From the NCBI GenBank assembly GCA_965248925.1, contig CBDFLE010000006.1, positions 1,600,001 to 1,664,000 of the forward strand: 64,000 nt of DNA. Direction: 5' to 3'. The notes under the pieces were generated by a model. That model was not told where the DNA came from. It searched no databases and saw only the letters and a list, made by a program, of their open reading frames with translations. Positions 10,325 to 19,850 of the stretch are shown here, piece after piece. Each line of letters opens with the position of its first letter. Positions within the stretch are counted from its first letter, which is position 1. The DNA is from Candidatus Multivoradales bacterium (GTDB lineage: Bacteria; Acidobacteriota; Thermoanaerobaculia; Multivoradales; J023). The translations under genes and the position numbers were made by a program.

Positions 10325-11725
10325 ATGGCCACCCAGCCTGTCACCGACAGCAGCCCGAAGAGCCAGCGCCTATCGCCCGTCGACCTCTCCTGGTTGCGCA
10401 TGGACGAGACGGCGAACCGGATGATCATCACCGGCATGATGTTCTTTGAGCGGCCGCTTGAGCAGGACGAATTCAGCCAGCTGCTCGACCAACGCCTGGC
10501 CTCGATTCCCCTCTTCCGCCGCCGCATCGTGGTCGGCCCGCGCGGCCGCGCTCACTGGCAGGAAGATCCAGCCTTCGACATCGGCCATCACCTGCACAGC
10601 TTGGATCTAGATCCGCCGGTCGATAAAGCAGCGCTGGAAAGGGCGGTCGGCAGCTTGATGAGCCGCCCTTTGAACGACAGCCACCCGCCGTGGGGTTTCT
10701 GGTTGGTGCCCTTCGAGGGTGGAACGGTCATGCTGTCGCGGCTGCACCACTCAATTGGCGATGGTGTCGCTCTGATGCTGGTGTTGTTGTCAATGACCGA
10801 GTTCGAACCTCCGGTGGCGGCTCAAGCCGAGAGCGACAATCCAATCCGCACCCTCCTCTGCGGCGGCGAGGTCGACCCCCGTGGCCTGGAGATCGCCCAT
10901 CAGATCATGCCCGAAGTGATGGGCCTGATGACCCGTCGCGGCGGCGGCAGCCCGCGCGGCAGCAAGCTCGGCCTGGGACTCAAGTTGTTGGGCTCGCTGA
11001 CCAGTTTGACCTTTCGTTCGGCGGATCCAAGCACCCGCTTCAAAGGCTCGCTGACCACCGACAAGCGCGTCGCCTGGTCCGAGTCCATCGATCTCGACGA
11101 GGTGCGGGCAATCAAGCAGCATCTCGGCGGGACGCTGAACGATCTCTTGCTGACCGCCCTGACCGGCGCCTTGCGGCGCTACCTGGAAGCCAAGGGGGAA
11201 TCAGTCTCTGGGCTCGACTTCCGCGCCACGGTGCCGGTTTCGATCCGCAAACTCGAAGACTTGAGCGCCCTGGGCAACCGTTTCGGTTTGATCTTCCTCT
11301 CCTTGCCGGTAGGCATCGCCGATCCCGTCTCTCGGCTCGCCGAGCTACAGCGGCGCACCACGGCCCTCAAGGGTTCAGTCGAAGCCGGCGTGGTCTACGG
11401 CGTCCTCCACGCCCTGGGGCACTCGCCACGCTGGGCTCATCGCTTGGTGTTGAAGATCTTCGGCACCAAAGCGACCGCCGTGGTCACCAATGTGCCCGGC
11501 CCGCGGCAACAGCTCTACCTCTGCGGCAATCCGATCCGCGACATGCTCTTCTGGGTCCCCCAAGCCGGCCGGCTGGGGCTCGGCATCAGCATCGCCAGCT
11601 ACAACGGCCAGGTCCGCCTCGGGGTCACCACCGACGCCGCGCTGGTGCCCGACCCGAGCAGCATTGTCAGCGCTTTCCACGACGAACTCGAACACCTGCG
11701 CACCCTGCTGCCGGCTGCACCTTGA
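10325..11725 (+). CDS. Wax ester synthase/diacylglycerol acyltransferase (WS/DGAT)
   Basis: RLSPVD, HHSIGDG catalytic motif, GTLNDLLL, VPVSIR, VTNVPGP, SYNG. Confidence 0.92.
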   Translation: MATQPVTDSSPKSQRLSPVDLSWLRMDETANRMIITGMMFFERPLEQDEFSQLLDQRLASIPLFRRRIVVGPRGRAHWQEDPAFDIGHHLHSLDLDPPVDKAALERAVGSLMSRPLNDSHPPWGFWLVPFEGGTVMLSRLHHSIGDGVALMLVLLSMTEFEPPVAAQAESDNPIRTLLCGGEVDPRGLEIAHQIMPEVMGLMTRRGGGSPRGSKLGLGLKLLGSLTSLTFRSADPSTRFKGSLTTDKRVAWSESIDLDEVRAIKQHLGGTLNDLLLTALTGALRRYLEAKGESVSGLDFRATVPVSIRKLEDLSALGNRFGLIFLSLPVGIADPVSRLAELQRRTTALKGSVEAGVVYGVLHALGHSPRWAHRLVLKIFGTKATAVVTNVPGPRQQLYLCGNPIRDMLFWVPQAGRLGLGISIASYNGQVRLGVTTDAALVPDPSSIVSAFHDELEHLRTLLPAAP

Positions 11726-11744
11726 AGTCGCGGGCAGACCGCCG

Positions 11745-12965
11745 ATGAGCCCCAAGTCGAAGTCCGCGAACGATGCGGAGACCCTGATCCTGAGCTTAGC
11801 CCAAGCCCTGCACGCCTACGGCACGCCGGCCCACCGGCTTGAAGAAGCGATGAGCCTACTGGCCCGGCGACTGGGGCTGACCGGCCAATTCTTCGCCACC
11901 CCGACCGCCCTCTTCGCCGCCCTGGGCAGCGGCGACGAACAACGCACCCGCTTGCTGCGGGTCGAGCCCGGCCAAGTCGACTTGGAGAAACTCTCGCGCC
12001 TTGACCGGGTGCTGACCCGAGCCCTGGCTGGCGAACTCGGTCCCCGCCAAGCCATCCGGCACATTCACCGGGTGGTCGCGGCCGCACCGCGCTACGGCCG
12101 CTTGGCTACCACCCTGGCCTTCGCTCTGGCTTCGGCAACCGCGGCCTACTTTCTTGGCGGCGGCTGGCCCGAGATCGGCGCTGGCGGCGCCGTCGGCTTG
12201 GGTGTCGGTTTGATGACCCTGCTGATCGACCGAATACCGGCCAGCCGCCGGCTGTACGAAATTCTGGCGGCGACTCTGGCCGCTGCACTGGCCACTTCGA
12301 TAGCCGCACTCAGCGGCCAGCTGGCAGCGCCGATTGCCACCCTCGCCGGTCTGATCATCCTACTGCCGGGACTCAACCTGACCATCGCCATGAGCGAACT
12401 CGCCACTCGCCATCTGGTCTCAGGTGCTTCGCGAATGGCCGGCGTTTCGCTGGTTTTCTTGACCCTCGGTTTCGGCACCGCTCTCGGCCGCCACCTGGGC
12501 ACCTTGGTGGCCGGGCCGGCACCGATAGTGATTCCGCAACCGCCGCCCTGGCCAACCGTGTTGGTGGCACTACCGCTGGCGGCCTTGAGCTTCGTGGTGC
12601 TGTTCCAAGCCCGACCACGGGAGTTCGGCTGGATCACCTTGGTGGGCGCCGCGGCGATCGGCGGTGGCCGGCTAGGGGTAGCCTGGCTCGGCGCCGACCT
12701 GGGGCCCTTCCTCGGCGCGCTGGTGGTTGGTTTGGCCAGCAACTTGCTGGCCCGCTACCGCGATCGTCCCACCGCCCTTACCCAGCTACCGGCGCTGATC
12801 TTGTTGGTACCGGGCTCCCTCGGCCTGCGTAGCATCTCCGCCCTACTGGCCAGCGATACCCTGGCCGGCGTGCAGTCCCTCTTCGGCGTCGCCCTAGTGG
12901 CGGTGTCCTTGGTCGCCGGTTTGCTGATGGCTAACGTTCTGCTGCCGCCACGACGGGTTCTGTAG
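11745..12965 (+). CDS. ThrE-family threonine/serine exporter
   Basis: ALHAYGTPAHRLEE, VDLEKL, IILLPGL..TIAMSELAT.HLVSGASR, LLVPGS; many TM segments; ATG 11745. Confidence 0.88.
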   Translation: MSPKSKSANDAETLILSLAQALHAYGTPAHRLEEAMSLLARRLGLTGQFFATPTALFAALGSGDEQRTRLLRVEPGQVDLEKLSRLDRVLTRALAGELGPRQAIRHIHRVVAAAPRYGRLATTLAFALASATAAYFLGGGWPEIGAGGAVGLGVGLMTLLIDRIPASRRLYEILAATLAAALATSIAALSGQLAAPIATLAGLIILLPGLNLTIAMSELATRHLVSGASRMAGVSLVFLTLGFGTALGRHLGTLVAGPAPIVIPQPPPWPTVLVALPLAALSFVVLFQARPREFGWITLVGAAAIGGGRLGVAWLGADLGPFLGALVVGLASNLLARYRDRPTALTQLPALILLVPGSLGLRSISALLASDTLAGVQSLFGVALVAVSLVAGLLMANVLLPPRRVL

Positions 12966-12977
12966 GTTGTCCTCAGC

Positions 12978-13367
12978 CTACCAGGCGTCGATCTGGAGGC
13001 TCTCGACCTGGTCGAAGTGGCGGTCTCGGGTGGCTAGGATGAGGTTGTGCTGGAGCGCACTGGCGGCAATCCAGATATCGTTCTCCGGGATCGGCCGGCC
13101 CATTCTCTGGAGCTGTGCCTTGAGTGCTCCGTAATGTTCAGCCGTTCTTAAATCGTGCGGTAGCAACGAGCAGAGGTCAACCAGCCTCTCGACCCGCTCC
13201 CGGTTGACCTCAGAGCGGGCTGACTTTGCCGCTCCAAAGAGAAGTTCGCCGACGACCGTCAGGCAGAGGAGCACCTCGATTCCACTACCCCGGCGAGATT
13301 CGAGGTCCACTTCCTGGTTGAGCATGCGGATGGCAACATTGGTATCGAGCAGATATCTACCATTCAT
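12978..13367 (-). CDS. vapC: VapC/PIN toxin
   Basis: YLLDTNV, VVGELLFGA.KS, PIPENDIWIAASALQHNLILATRD.HF. Confidence 0.92.
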   Translation of the reverse strand: MNGRYLLDTNVAIRMLNQEVDLESRRGSGIEVLLCLTVVGELLFGAAKSARSEVNRERVERLVDLCSLLPHDLRTAEHYGALKAQLQRMGRPIPENDIWIAASALQHNLILATRDRHFDQVESLQIDAW

Positions 13368-13587
13368 CGAGATCCACCTGCTCGCAGCCCTTCTCGACAG
13401 CCTCCATCATCTCGCGGGCTGACCTGTCGTCCAAAGTGCCAGCAACTTTCATCAGGTCCTCGACCGAAGCTCCGGTGACCCTGGGTGATACCAAGCCATG
13501 GACGAGATCAGCAGCACGCTTCTGTTTGGCAGGTGAAAGTTTGTTCAGGTCGTTAAGGATCTGCTTTTGGATCGCTAGCTGCACCAT
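13357..13587 (-). CDS. Putative antitoxin of the PIN toxin
   Basis: Small ORF overlapping the vapC start; C-terminal AGTLDD..AREMMEAVEKGCEQVDLDEW typical of these partners. Confidence 0.75.
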   Translation of the reverse strand: MVQLAIQKQILNDLNKLSPAKQKRAADLVHGLVSPRVTGASVEDLMKVAGTLDDRSAREMMEAVEKGCEQVDLDEW

Positions 13588-13712
13588 GGTTAGTGACCTC
13601 CTCGGCACCCACCGCGGGCACTCCATTCATTGTAACCGACAGCGTAGTGCGGTGGCTGCACCACTACTGCCAAACTGCCGAGAGCCCCGCGCCACACGAA
13701 AACCGAACTCAC

Positions 13713-15590
13713 TCAATCAATCTCTTCGAGCTTCTTCGCCAGCGTATTGCGGGCGATGCCCAGCAAGCGGGCAGCACGGCTTCGATTGCCGGCGGCAACT
13801 TCCAAAGCGCGGCGGATGAGGGTGTGTTCGAGACGGCGGGTATTGGCCTTGAGATCGAGGTCGCTATCCGCCGGCACCACCTCTGCTCGCCGCTCAACGC
13901 TGGCGGGGGTGGCCTGAAAACGAATTTCCAGTTGCCCGAAGTCGATCGGCCGACCGCCGACCGCCTGGCGCACCAGGCGCCGGGCCACATGTTCGAGTTC
14001 GCGAATATTACCCGGCCAGGCCCAGCGCTCTAGCGCCATCAGCGCCTTGCGGGTCAACCCCGGTATGTGCTTGCCTTCGGCGGTGGCGAAGCGACGGAGA
14101 AAATGCACTAGAAGCGATTGCATATCGTCCAGGCGATGACGCAGCGGCGGCAGGCTCAACTCGCAGGCGGCCAGGCGAAAATATAGATCGCGACGGAAGT
14201 TACCCTGCTCCATCGCCTGCTGTAAGTCACGGTTGGTGGCGGCAACGATTCGTGCACCAAAAGAGGTTGGCCGGCCACCGACCGGGGTGATTTCGTTCTC
14301 CTGCAGGGCACGCAGCAACTTCGCTTGCAACGTCAGAGCCAGGTCGCCGATTTCGTCGAGAAAGAGAATTCCCTCACCGGCCCGCGCCAGGACACCCGGC
14401 CGCGACCGCACCCCAGTGGCGGCGCCGGGAGCTACACCGAACATCTCAGCTTCCAACAGGTCAGCTGGAATGGCGGCGCAGTTGACCGCGACGAAGGGCT
14501 GCGCCGCGCGCGCTGAGGAGCGGTGGATAAGCCGCGCGATCAGCTCCTTGCCGGTGCCGGTCTCGCCGGTGATCAGGACCGGCGAATCATCCCGCAGCAG
14601 CGCTCTGACCTCGGCCAAGAGCGCCGCCATCGCTGCCGAGCTGCCGACGACAAAACCCGGCGGAAAGCGCAGCACGGCGGGCTCGCTGGGTGGCACGGGC
14701 CCATCGACCGAGCTACCGGGCAGGCCCAAAGCGAGAATCCGCAGCACTAGCCCGAGCAACGGCCGGCTGTGCTCGGCACCCTCAAATTCACCCAAGAACA
14801 CCAGCGCCAAGGAAGGTCTCCCCTGGCGGCCGGCCACCACCCAGGTCGATGACGACCCACCGATAGCAGAGCACTCGAAGACAACCTGGCCAGGCTGCCG
14901 TTCCGCCAAGCGGCCTTCGAGCGCAGGCAAAACGGCGAACTCAGCCAGTGGCAACTCCCCCGCTTTGGCCAACACCACAGGGTCTTCGGCCGACGACAAC
15001 TCGAGCAACGCCGCCCCATGAAGCCGTAGTTTCTCGACCAAGTGATGCAAGACCGAAGGGCCGAATTCGAACCCGGCTCCGGCCTCCGAGACCACCCTCG
15101 CCGCGGCTTCGAGGGACAACTCCACGGCTTGTAATGCCTCGGTCTCGACCCCACTCAGTCCAGTCATGGCGGTGAAGCGAGTCTCCGCTCGACTGCGCAG
15201 CGAATCGCCCACCTGGGCCGCCACCGAGGTCTGCTCCACCGCCAGCACGATTTCGGCGTCGTCGCGGTCTACCTTTTCGAGCCGCAAATCTACCTTGCCG
15301 AAGCGAATTTCTGCCCCGGAAGACACCACGCCACTGTCCACCGGCAGGCCATCGACGCGAGTGCCGTTCTTGCTCCCCAGGTCTTCGACCAGCACCTGCT
15401 CACCCTGGTCGGTCAGCCGAGCGTGGTATCTCGAAACACTGCGGTCGGCCAAGACGATCAGGTTGGAGGGGGCGCTACCCACCGTAGTCTCCACCTCGCG
15501 GAGGGCGAAAAAGCGCTCATCGCCCGCGCGAGCCCCCACCAACCTCCAGCTGGTCGACGAGTTTCGTTGCGCTGCTTTCTGGGTTGTCAT
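13713..15590 (-). CDS. FHA-domain NtrC/Fis-type enhancer-binding protein
   Basis: FHA (VSRYHA, EDLGSKNGT), AAA+ (GETGTGKE, VNCAAIP, LFLDEIG, FRRDLYFRL, WPGNIREL), C-terminal Fis HTH; GAFTGA loop reads GAATGV. Confidence 0.92.
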   Translation of the reverse strand: MTTQKAAQRNSSTSWRLVGARAGDERFFALREVETTVGSAPSNLIVLADRSVSRYHARLTDQGEQVLVEDLGSKNGTRVDGLPVDSGVVSSGAEIRFGKVDLRLEKVDRDDAEIVLAVEQTSVAAQVGDSLRSRAETRFTAMTGLSGVETEALQAVELSLEAAARVVSEAGAGFEFGPSVLHHLVEKLRLHGAALLELSSAEDPVVLAKAGELPLAEFAVLPALEGRLAERQPGQVVFECSAIGGSSSTWVVAGRQGRPSLALVFLGEFEGAEHSRPLLGLVLRILALGLPGSSVDGPVPPSEPAVLRFPPGFVVGSSAAMAALLAEVRALLRDDSPVLITGETGTGKELIARLIHRSSARAAQPFVAVNCAAIPADLLEAEMFGVAPGAATGVRSRPGVLARAGEGILFLDEIGDLALTLQAKLLRALQENEITPVGGRPTSFGARIVAATNRDLQQAMEQGNFRRDLYFRLAACELSLPPLRHRLDDMQSLLVHFLRRFATAEGKHIPGLTRKALMALERWAWPGNIRELEHVARRLVRQAVGGRPIDFGQLEIRFQATPASVERRAEVVPADSDLDLKANTRRLEHTLIRRALEVAAGNRSRAARLLGIARNTLAKKLEEID

Positions 15591-15729
15591 TCGCTAGTCA
15601 CCGAGCTAGTTCAAACGGATCCTTGCGCCGCCGTCTTGGGCGAAGAATACCGTATCTGATATTGAGATTCGCCATTCGCCGCAGGCTGCTAGGGTCTGGC
15701 ACCAAGAATGACAATTGTGGGAGAAGAGG

Positions 15730-17262
15730 ATGACCGTTGAATTACAACAGCGCCCCAAACGCCCCAAATCGAGCTGGAAGGTGTTGGTTGGGGCTAGCCT
15801 GCTGAGCCTGGTGGCGATTCCCGTGACCGCCCAGACCAACGACGAGATCAATGCCGGCCTCCAGCTCAGCTTCGCTCCCCCCGGCGCCCGCAGCCTGGCG
15901 CTGGGCGGCGCTTTCAGCGGTTTAGCCGACGACGCCACCGCCGCCTACTCCAATCCCGCCGGGTTGATTTGGTTGAGCGAGTCGGAGATCTCGCTGGAAA
16001 CCCGCCATCGCACCTACCGCACCCGCTACCCGGACACTGGTTCCGCCACCGGCGAGGCCACTGGAATTGGTCTCGATACGGTCGATTCGTTGGTTCTTGC
16101 CGAACGCGAGAGCAGCACCGCTGGGCTTTCTTTTCTGTCCTACGTTCAGGTCATCAATCGCGACTGGCGCGTCGCCCTCTATCGCCACGAACTGGCCGAT
16201 TTCAAGGCCGAGATCGAAAGTCAGGGGCCGTTCATCCGCAGCGATGCCGGCGCCGGCTCTCGCAGCCGCCTGTCGGCGCTCAGCGGCGCCATAAACTTGG
16301 CGATCGACAGCCTGTCGCTCGCCACCGCCTACCGCTTCAACGATCGTTTGTGGCTCGGCGCCGGTATCTCCTGGTTCTCGATCTCGATGCATGCCACCAC
16401 CCACCGTTTCTCCTCCCTGCTGCCCCGCCATCCGAGCAGCAGAGCACGCTTCGACCGGGTGCCGCTGGTCGACGAAAACGAGAACGACCGCCATACCCAA
16501 CGCGCCGACAGCAGTGACCTGGCGGCGCATTTCGGCATCCTGTGGAAAGGTCAGAACAATCGCTGGAGCGTTGGCCTGGCCTACCACTTGCCCCCCACCT
16601 TCGACCTCGACTACGACTTCGAGTGGGGCGCGCGAGCGATCGCCAACGCCGCTGGCGACGCCGATGGGGATGGCATCATCGAAGCCAGCCCCAACCTCAA
16701 CTTCACCGACCCGGCCACTGCCCGAGCCCTCTCCGGCAGCGGCAAATTCCGCGTCCCCGACGTGCTTAGCCTCGGCGCCATGATCCGCCCACGGGTGGCG
16801 CTCACCCTCTCGGTGGAACTGGTGGCGGTGGGCTATTCCCGGCTCGAACCGCAAAGCAATATCCTCCTGCTCGGCTTGGCCAACGGCGGCTCCTGCGGCA
16901 GCTTCGGCCGCGACGGGCAGCCCCACGACGTGCCCTGCACCACCGCCACCGACCGCTTGGCCCGCTTCCGCATCGACGACGCCCTCGAAGCCCATCTCGG
17001 AATCGAATACGTGCTGCGGCGGCGCTGGCCGCTGGCCCTGCGCCTGGGAGCCTGGCACGACCCGGACCACCAACTCCGCTTTGACGGCACCAGCAGCCGG
17101 CCGCCGAACGACCGTTTCGCCCCCCGCTTTCTACCTGGCGAGGACGAAATCCACCTCACCGGCGGCCTCGGCCTGGCCTTGAAGCAGCTGCAAATCGATC
17201 TCGGCGGCGACTTCTCCGACCGCGCCGAAGTGGTCTCTCTTTCTGGGGTCTACCGTTTCTGA
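15730..17262 (+). CDS. FadL/OmpP1-like outer-membrane beta-barrel
   Basis: Signal peptide, PGARSLALGGAF..LADDATAAYSNPAGL, C-terminal YRF. Confidence 0.8.
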   Translation: MTVELQQRPKRPKSSWKVLVGASLLSLVAIPVTAQTNDEINAGLQLSFAPPGARSLALGGAFSGLADDATAAYSNPAGLIWLSESEISLETRHRTYRTRYPDTGSATGEATGIGLDTVDSLVLAERESSTAGLSFLSYVQVINRDWRVALYRHELADFKAEIESQGPFIRSDAGAGSRSRLSALSGAINLAIDSLSLATAYRFNDRLWLGAGISWFSISMHATTHRFSSLLPRHPSSRARFDRVPLVDENENDRHTQRADSSDLAAHFGILWKGQNNRWSVGLAYHLPPTFDLDYDFEWGARAIANAAGDADGDGIIEASPNLNFTDPATARALSGSGKFRVPDVLSLGAMIRPRVALTLSVELVAVGYSRLEPQSNILLLGLANGGSCGSFGRDGQPHDVPCTTATDRLARFRIDDALEAHLGIEYVLRRRWPLALRLGAWHDPDHQLRFDGTSSRPPNDRFAPRFLPGEDEIHLTGGLGLALKQLQIDLGGDFSDRAEVVSLSGVYRF

Positions 17263-17492
17263 GCGTGTGGACCGCGGCCAGCCTTTGCCCGTCCCAGCCC
17301 CCACTTTTCCAGCAGCCACAGAGAAGCGAGTGTCGCCACCCCAAGCCACGACTGTAGGCTGACCGACTGCCCCCGTGAGAGCTCCAGCGAGGGCCACATC
17401 GCGATTAGCAAGACCACCAAGCAGCCGGTCGACAGCAGGATTCCGAGCAAGAAGCAGCCGAGACTGGAGAGCCCGACGATCAATCTCGACAC
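17250..17492 (-). CDS. Small two-TM membrane protein
   Basis: Two hydrophobic stretches; start overlaps the end of the upstream lectin gene. Confidence 0.4.
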   Translation of the reverse strand: MSRLIVGLSSLGCFLLGILLSTGCLVVLLIAMWPSLELSRGQSVSLQSWLGVATLASLWLLEKWGLGRAKAGRGPHAQKR

Positions 17493-18754
17493 TGGCCCGG
17501 CAAGCTGACTGAATAGCGCCCATTGGCACTATAAGTGGCAGCGACATGCCCCACCCCGCCACCGACAAATGTCCACTCGACCACCCCGGTTGCGGCCCCG
17601 AGGTCGAGAGAGGCGGCGGTGATCGACGCAGCGTGCGGAGCGACAATCTCGATCGTCTTGATGAAATTGCCAGCCTCGTCGAAGACCTCGCCGATGGCGA
17701 GCAAGGCAGTGCGACCGCCCTCGACGGCGTAGAAGTCAAACACCGTACCGCCGCTAAAGCCACCGCCGACCAAGAACCGCGTATCCCAGCGGCGGCACAA
17801 CGCCGGTGGACTCGACCAGCTGCCTTTGCGAGTCAGCAAGCCACCGCTGGCAAAGTTCTCCTGAGAATCGAGGGAAAAGTAGTCGGCGTAAATTGGCGGG
17901 CTGTCGACCGGATCAAGGGTCTCCGGATCGAAGGCGTCGACAGTCAGAAAGCCCCGGAAAACAAAGTCAAGCTGCCGCAGGTTGAGGGTCGAAACCCCAC
18001 CGGCAGCCAGCTCGACGGTGATCGTCTTCTGCGGACTGACCGAAGGAGTCTGCTCCCAGAAGAGGCTCAAACGGAGGGTCAAGGGTGATTCCCCGGCATT
18101 GCGTATCGCCAACAGAGTACTCTTCGGGCCACCTCCACCATCGAATCTGAAGTACGGAAGCAGCAGCTGATCCCGTGGCGCGGATGGGAAAGACCAACGT
18201 TGATTCACGTCGCCATGACAGGGAAATACGATCAACGATGTTCCATTGGCCGTTCCTTCCTGAAACACATCGAGGCATTCGTCCGTTGAAAACCGCTTGA
18301 GCTGGAAATCGTCGGGAAAGGAGCCGACAATCTCCCAGTCTAGTGCTTCAGTACCCACCCGGCAATTGCGCAGCACCATCTCCGAGTAGCCAGAGGCGCC
18401 AACCGCCCCGGGAACCAAGCAGGTATCATCCAAGCCCCGAATTCCGATATTGCCGAAGCCGTCGGTGACCAGATCCCACTGTTGATTGTCCTCGCCATGG
18501 CATCCATAGAGCACCACCGGCGTGCCCACGGCAGCGTCTCCACCGAGGATATCCACACACTTGCCACCCACCCCGAGCAGCGGACCCGAGCGCAGCGACA
18601 GAAAAGCTGATGGTTGTGCCGGGTGCTTCGCCTGACCAACAGCAGGCAACCCCAGCCAGCAGAGAGTCACGGTCAAGCAGCCCAACGCCAGTCCACAGAC
18701 TTGGCCAAGGCATGATCGAGGTGAGAAAGAGTACATCGATGGGTAGTGCTTCAT
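17480..18754 (-). CDS. Secreted ricin-B (beta-trefoil) lectin domain protein
   Basis: GKCVDI..CHGEDNQQW and CLDV..CHGDVNQRW (QxW repeats) after a signal peptide; unknown C-terminal domain. Confidence 0.8.
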   Translation of the reverse strand: MKHYPSMYSFSPRSCLGQVCGLALGCLTVTLCWLGLPAVGQAKHPAQPSAFLSLRSGPLLGVGGKCVDILGGDAAVGTPVVLYGCHGEDNQQWDLVTDGFGNIGIRGLDDTCLVPGAVGASGYSEMVLRNCRVGTEALDWEIVGSFPDDFQLKRFSTDECLDVFQEGTANGTSLIVFPCHGDVNQRWSFPSAPRDQLLLPYFRFDGGGGPKSTLLAIRNAGESPLTLRLSLFWEQTPSVSPQKTITVELAAGGVSTLNLRQLDFVFRGFLTVDAFDPETLDPVDSPPIYADYFSLDSQENFASGGLLTRKGSWSSPPALCRRWDTRFLVGGGFSGGTVFDFYAVEGGRTALLAIGEVFDEAGNFIKTIEIVAPHAASITAASLDLGAATGVVEWTFVGGGVGHVAATYSANGRYSVSLPGQCRD

Positions 18755-18892
18755 GATTTATTCTCCTATGTTGAGTTCATCGATAGACCGTTGCCGAAAA
18801 CGAACTCCGCCCACAGCAGACCGCCGCAACAGTCCTGTAGCGAGAAAGGTGCCAACTTGAAGCAGATCCTGTAAGTTCTGCAATGATGAAAG

Positions 18893-19392
18893 TTAAGAGA
18901 CTTCTTCCGAGACCAGGCCCGCCTCTGACCTCAGCTCCGCCTGCTCAACACCTGGGCGGTTGCTCACTTGTTGAGCAGCGTATTCGGCCATCGGGTAGGG
19001 GAAACTCTCCAGCAATCGGAGTGGAAGGAGGCCAATGCACACGTCTCGCGTAAGACGTCGCCGTACCCCGTCCCATCTAGCGGCCCGATCTGCTGCATGG
19101 TGATTCTCAAGAGGAGATCCACCATGCAGCAACGAATCGCGAGCTGTCGTCATCAGGTCGAGATCCACTTAGGCAGCCGCCGAGGTCGCGGCGACCTTCT
19201 ACAGCCTGACCGGGTGTGCCACGCTCGGCGGCGGCGAGCCCAATGCGTACCGATTCAAGGCGCCGCGAGCGGCTCTCGAAAGGCCCGGCACTACCACCCT
19301 GCCAGCCCGACCCGGCGAAAGACCAGCGCCAAACTGATCTTCCCTCTTCGAATCTGAGGCCGCTGTCAAGGCTTGGCAAGGAGAACTCTTAA
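18893..19392 (+). mobile_element. Degenerate IS66-like remnant
   Basis: Frame 19182-19337 reads EVAATFYSLTGCATLGGGEPNAY..ALERPGTTTLP, resembling an IS66 TnpC C-terminus; short imperfect IRs TTAAGAG (18893) and CTCTTAA (19386-19392). Confidence 0.45.
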
Positions 19393-19484
19393 GCCTAGGC
19401 CGTAGAATGTACATTCGGACCAGCCGCTCGCTCCGTACTAAGAGCCGTTGGCGGCTTACTATCAATTCGGAGTACAGCGCTGCC

Positions 19485-19826
19485 CTAATCGAACAAATGC
19501 ACAACGAGTTTGAACAATCTCTCAGCCGATCCGAGCAGTGTACCCACATAGAACCCCAAAACAAATTCCGGAAATATGAAGCCGAGCAGGGCGGACCCCA
19601 GGGACATCCACTTGAATACGTTCAGCGCAGAGTTCGGTGTTTGCCAGGCAGCGACGAGCAGAATTAATAACCCATAAATCCCCAAAGCAAAGAAGACAGC
19701 AGAGACGGCGCCGATAGCACCCAGCAGTCTGAACATGCAGCCTGGAGATTTCTTCTCTTCAGCCTCCGCCGGGCCGCTCCCGTTGGCAACCTCTTGATCT
19801 TGCTGCTTCATGATTCCGATCTCCAT
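19485..19826 (-). CDS. Small membrane protein
   Basis: Two to three hydrophobic segments; lower GC; co-oriented with the upstream gene. Confidence 0.55.
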   Translation of the reverse strand: MEIGIMKQQDQEVANGSGPAEAEEKKSPGCMFRLLGAIGAVSAVFFALGIYGLLILLVAAWQTPNSALNVFKWMSLGSALLGFIFPEFVLGFYVGTLLGSAERLFKLVVHLFD

Positions 19827-19850
19827 TGTCTATCAGGACTTATCGTCTAG

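Noticed and set aside
19395-19460. Half attC-like sequence (GCCGCCAACGGCTC on the minus strand) after the low-GC genes
   Set aside because: No matching GTTRRRY end or complementary arm and no integrase; too degenerate to call.
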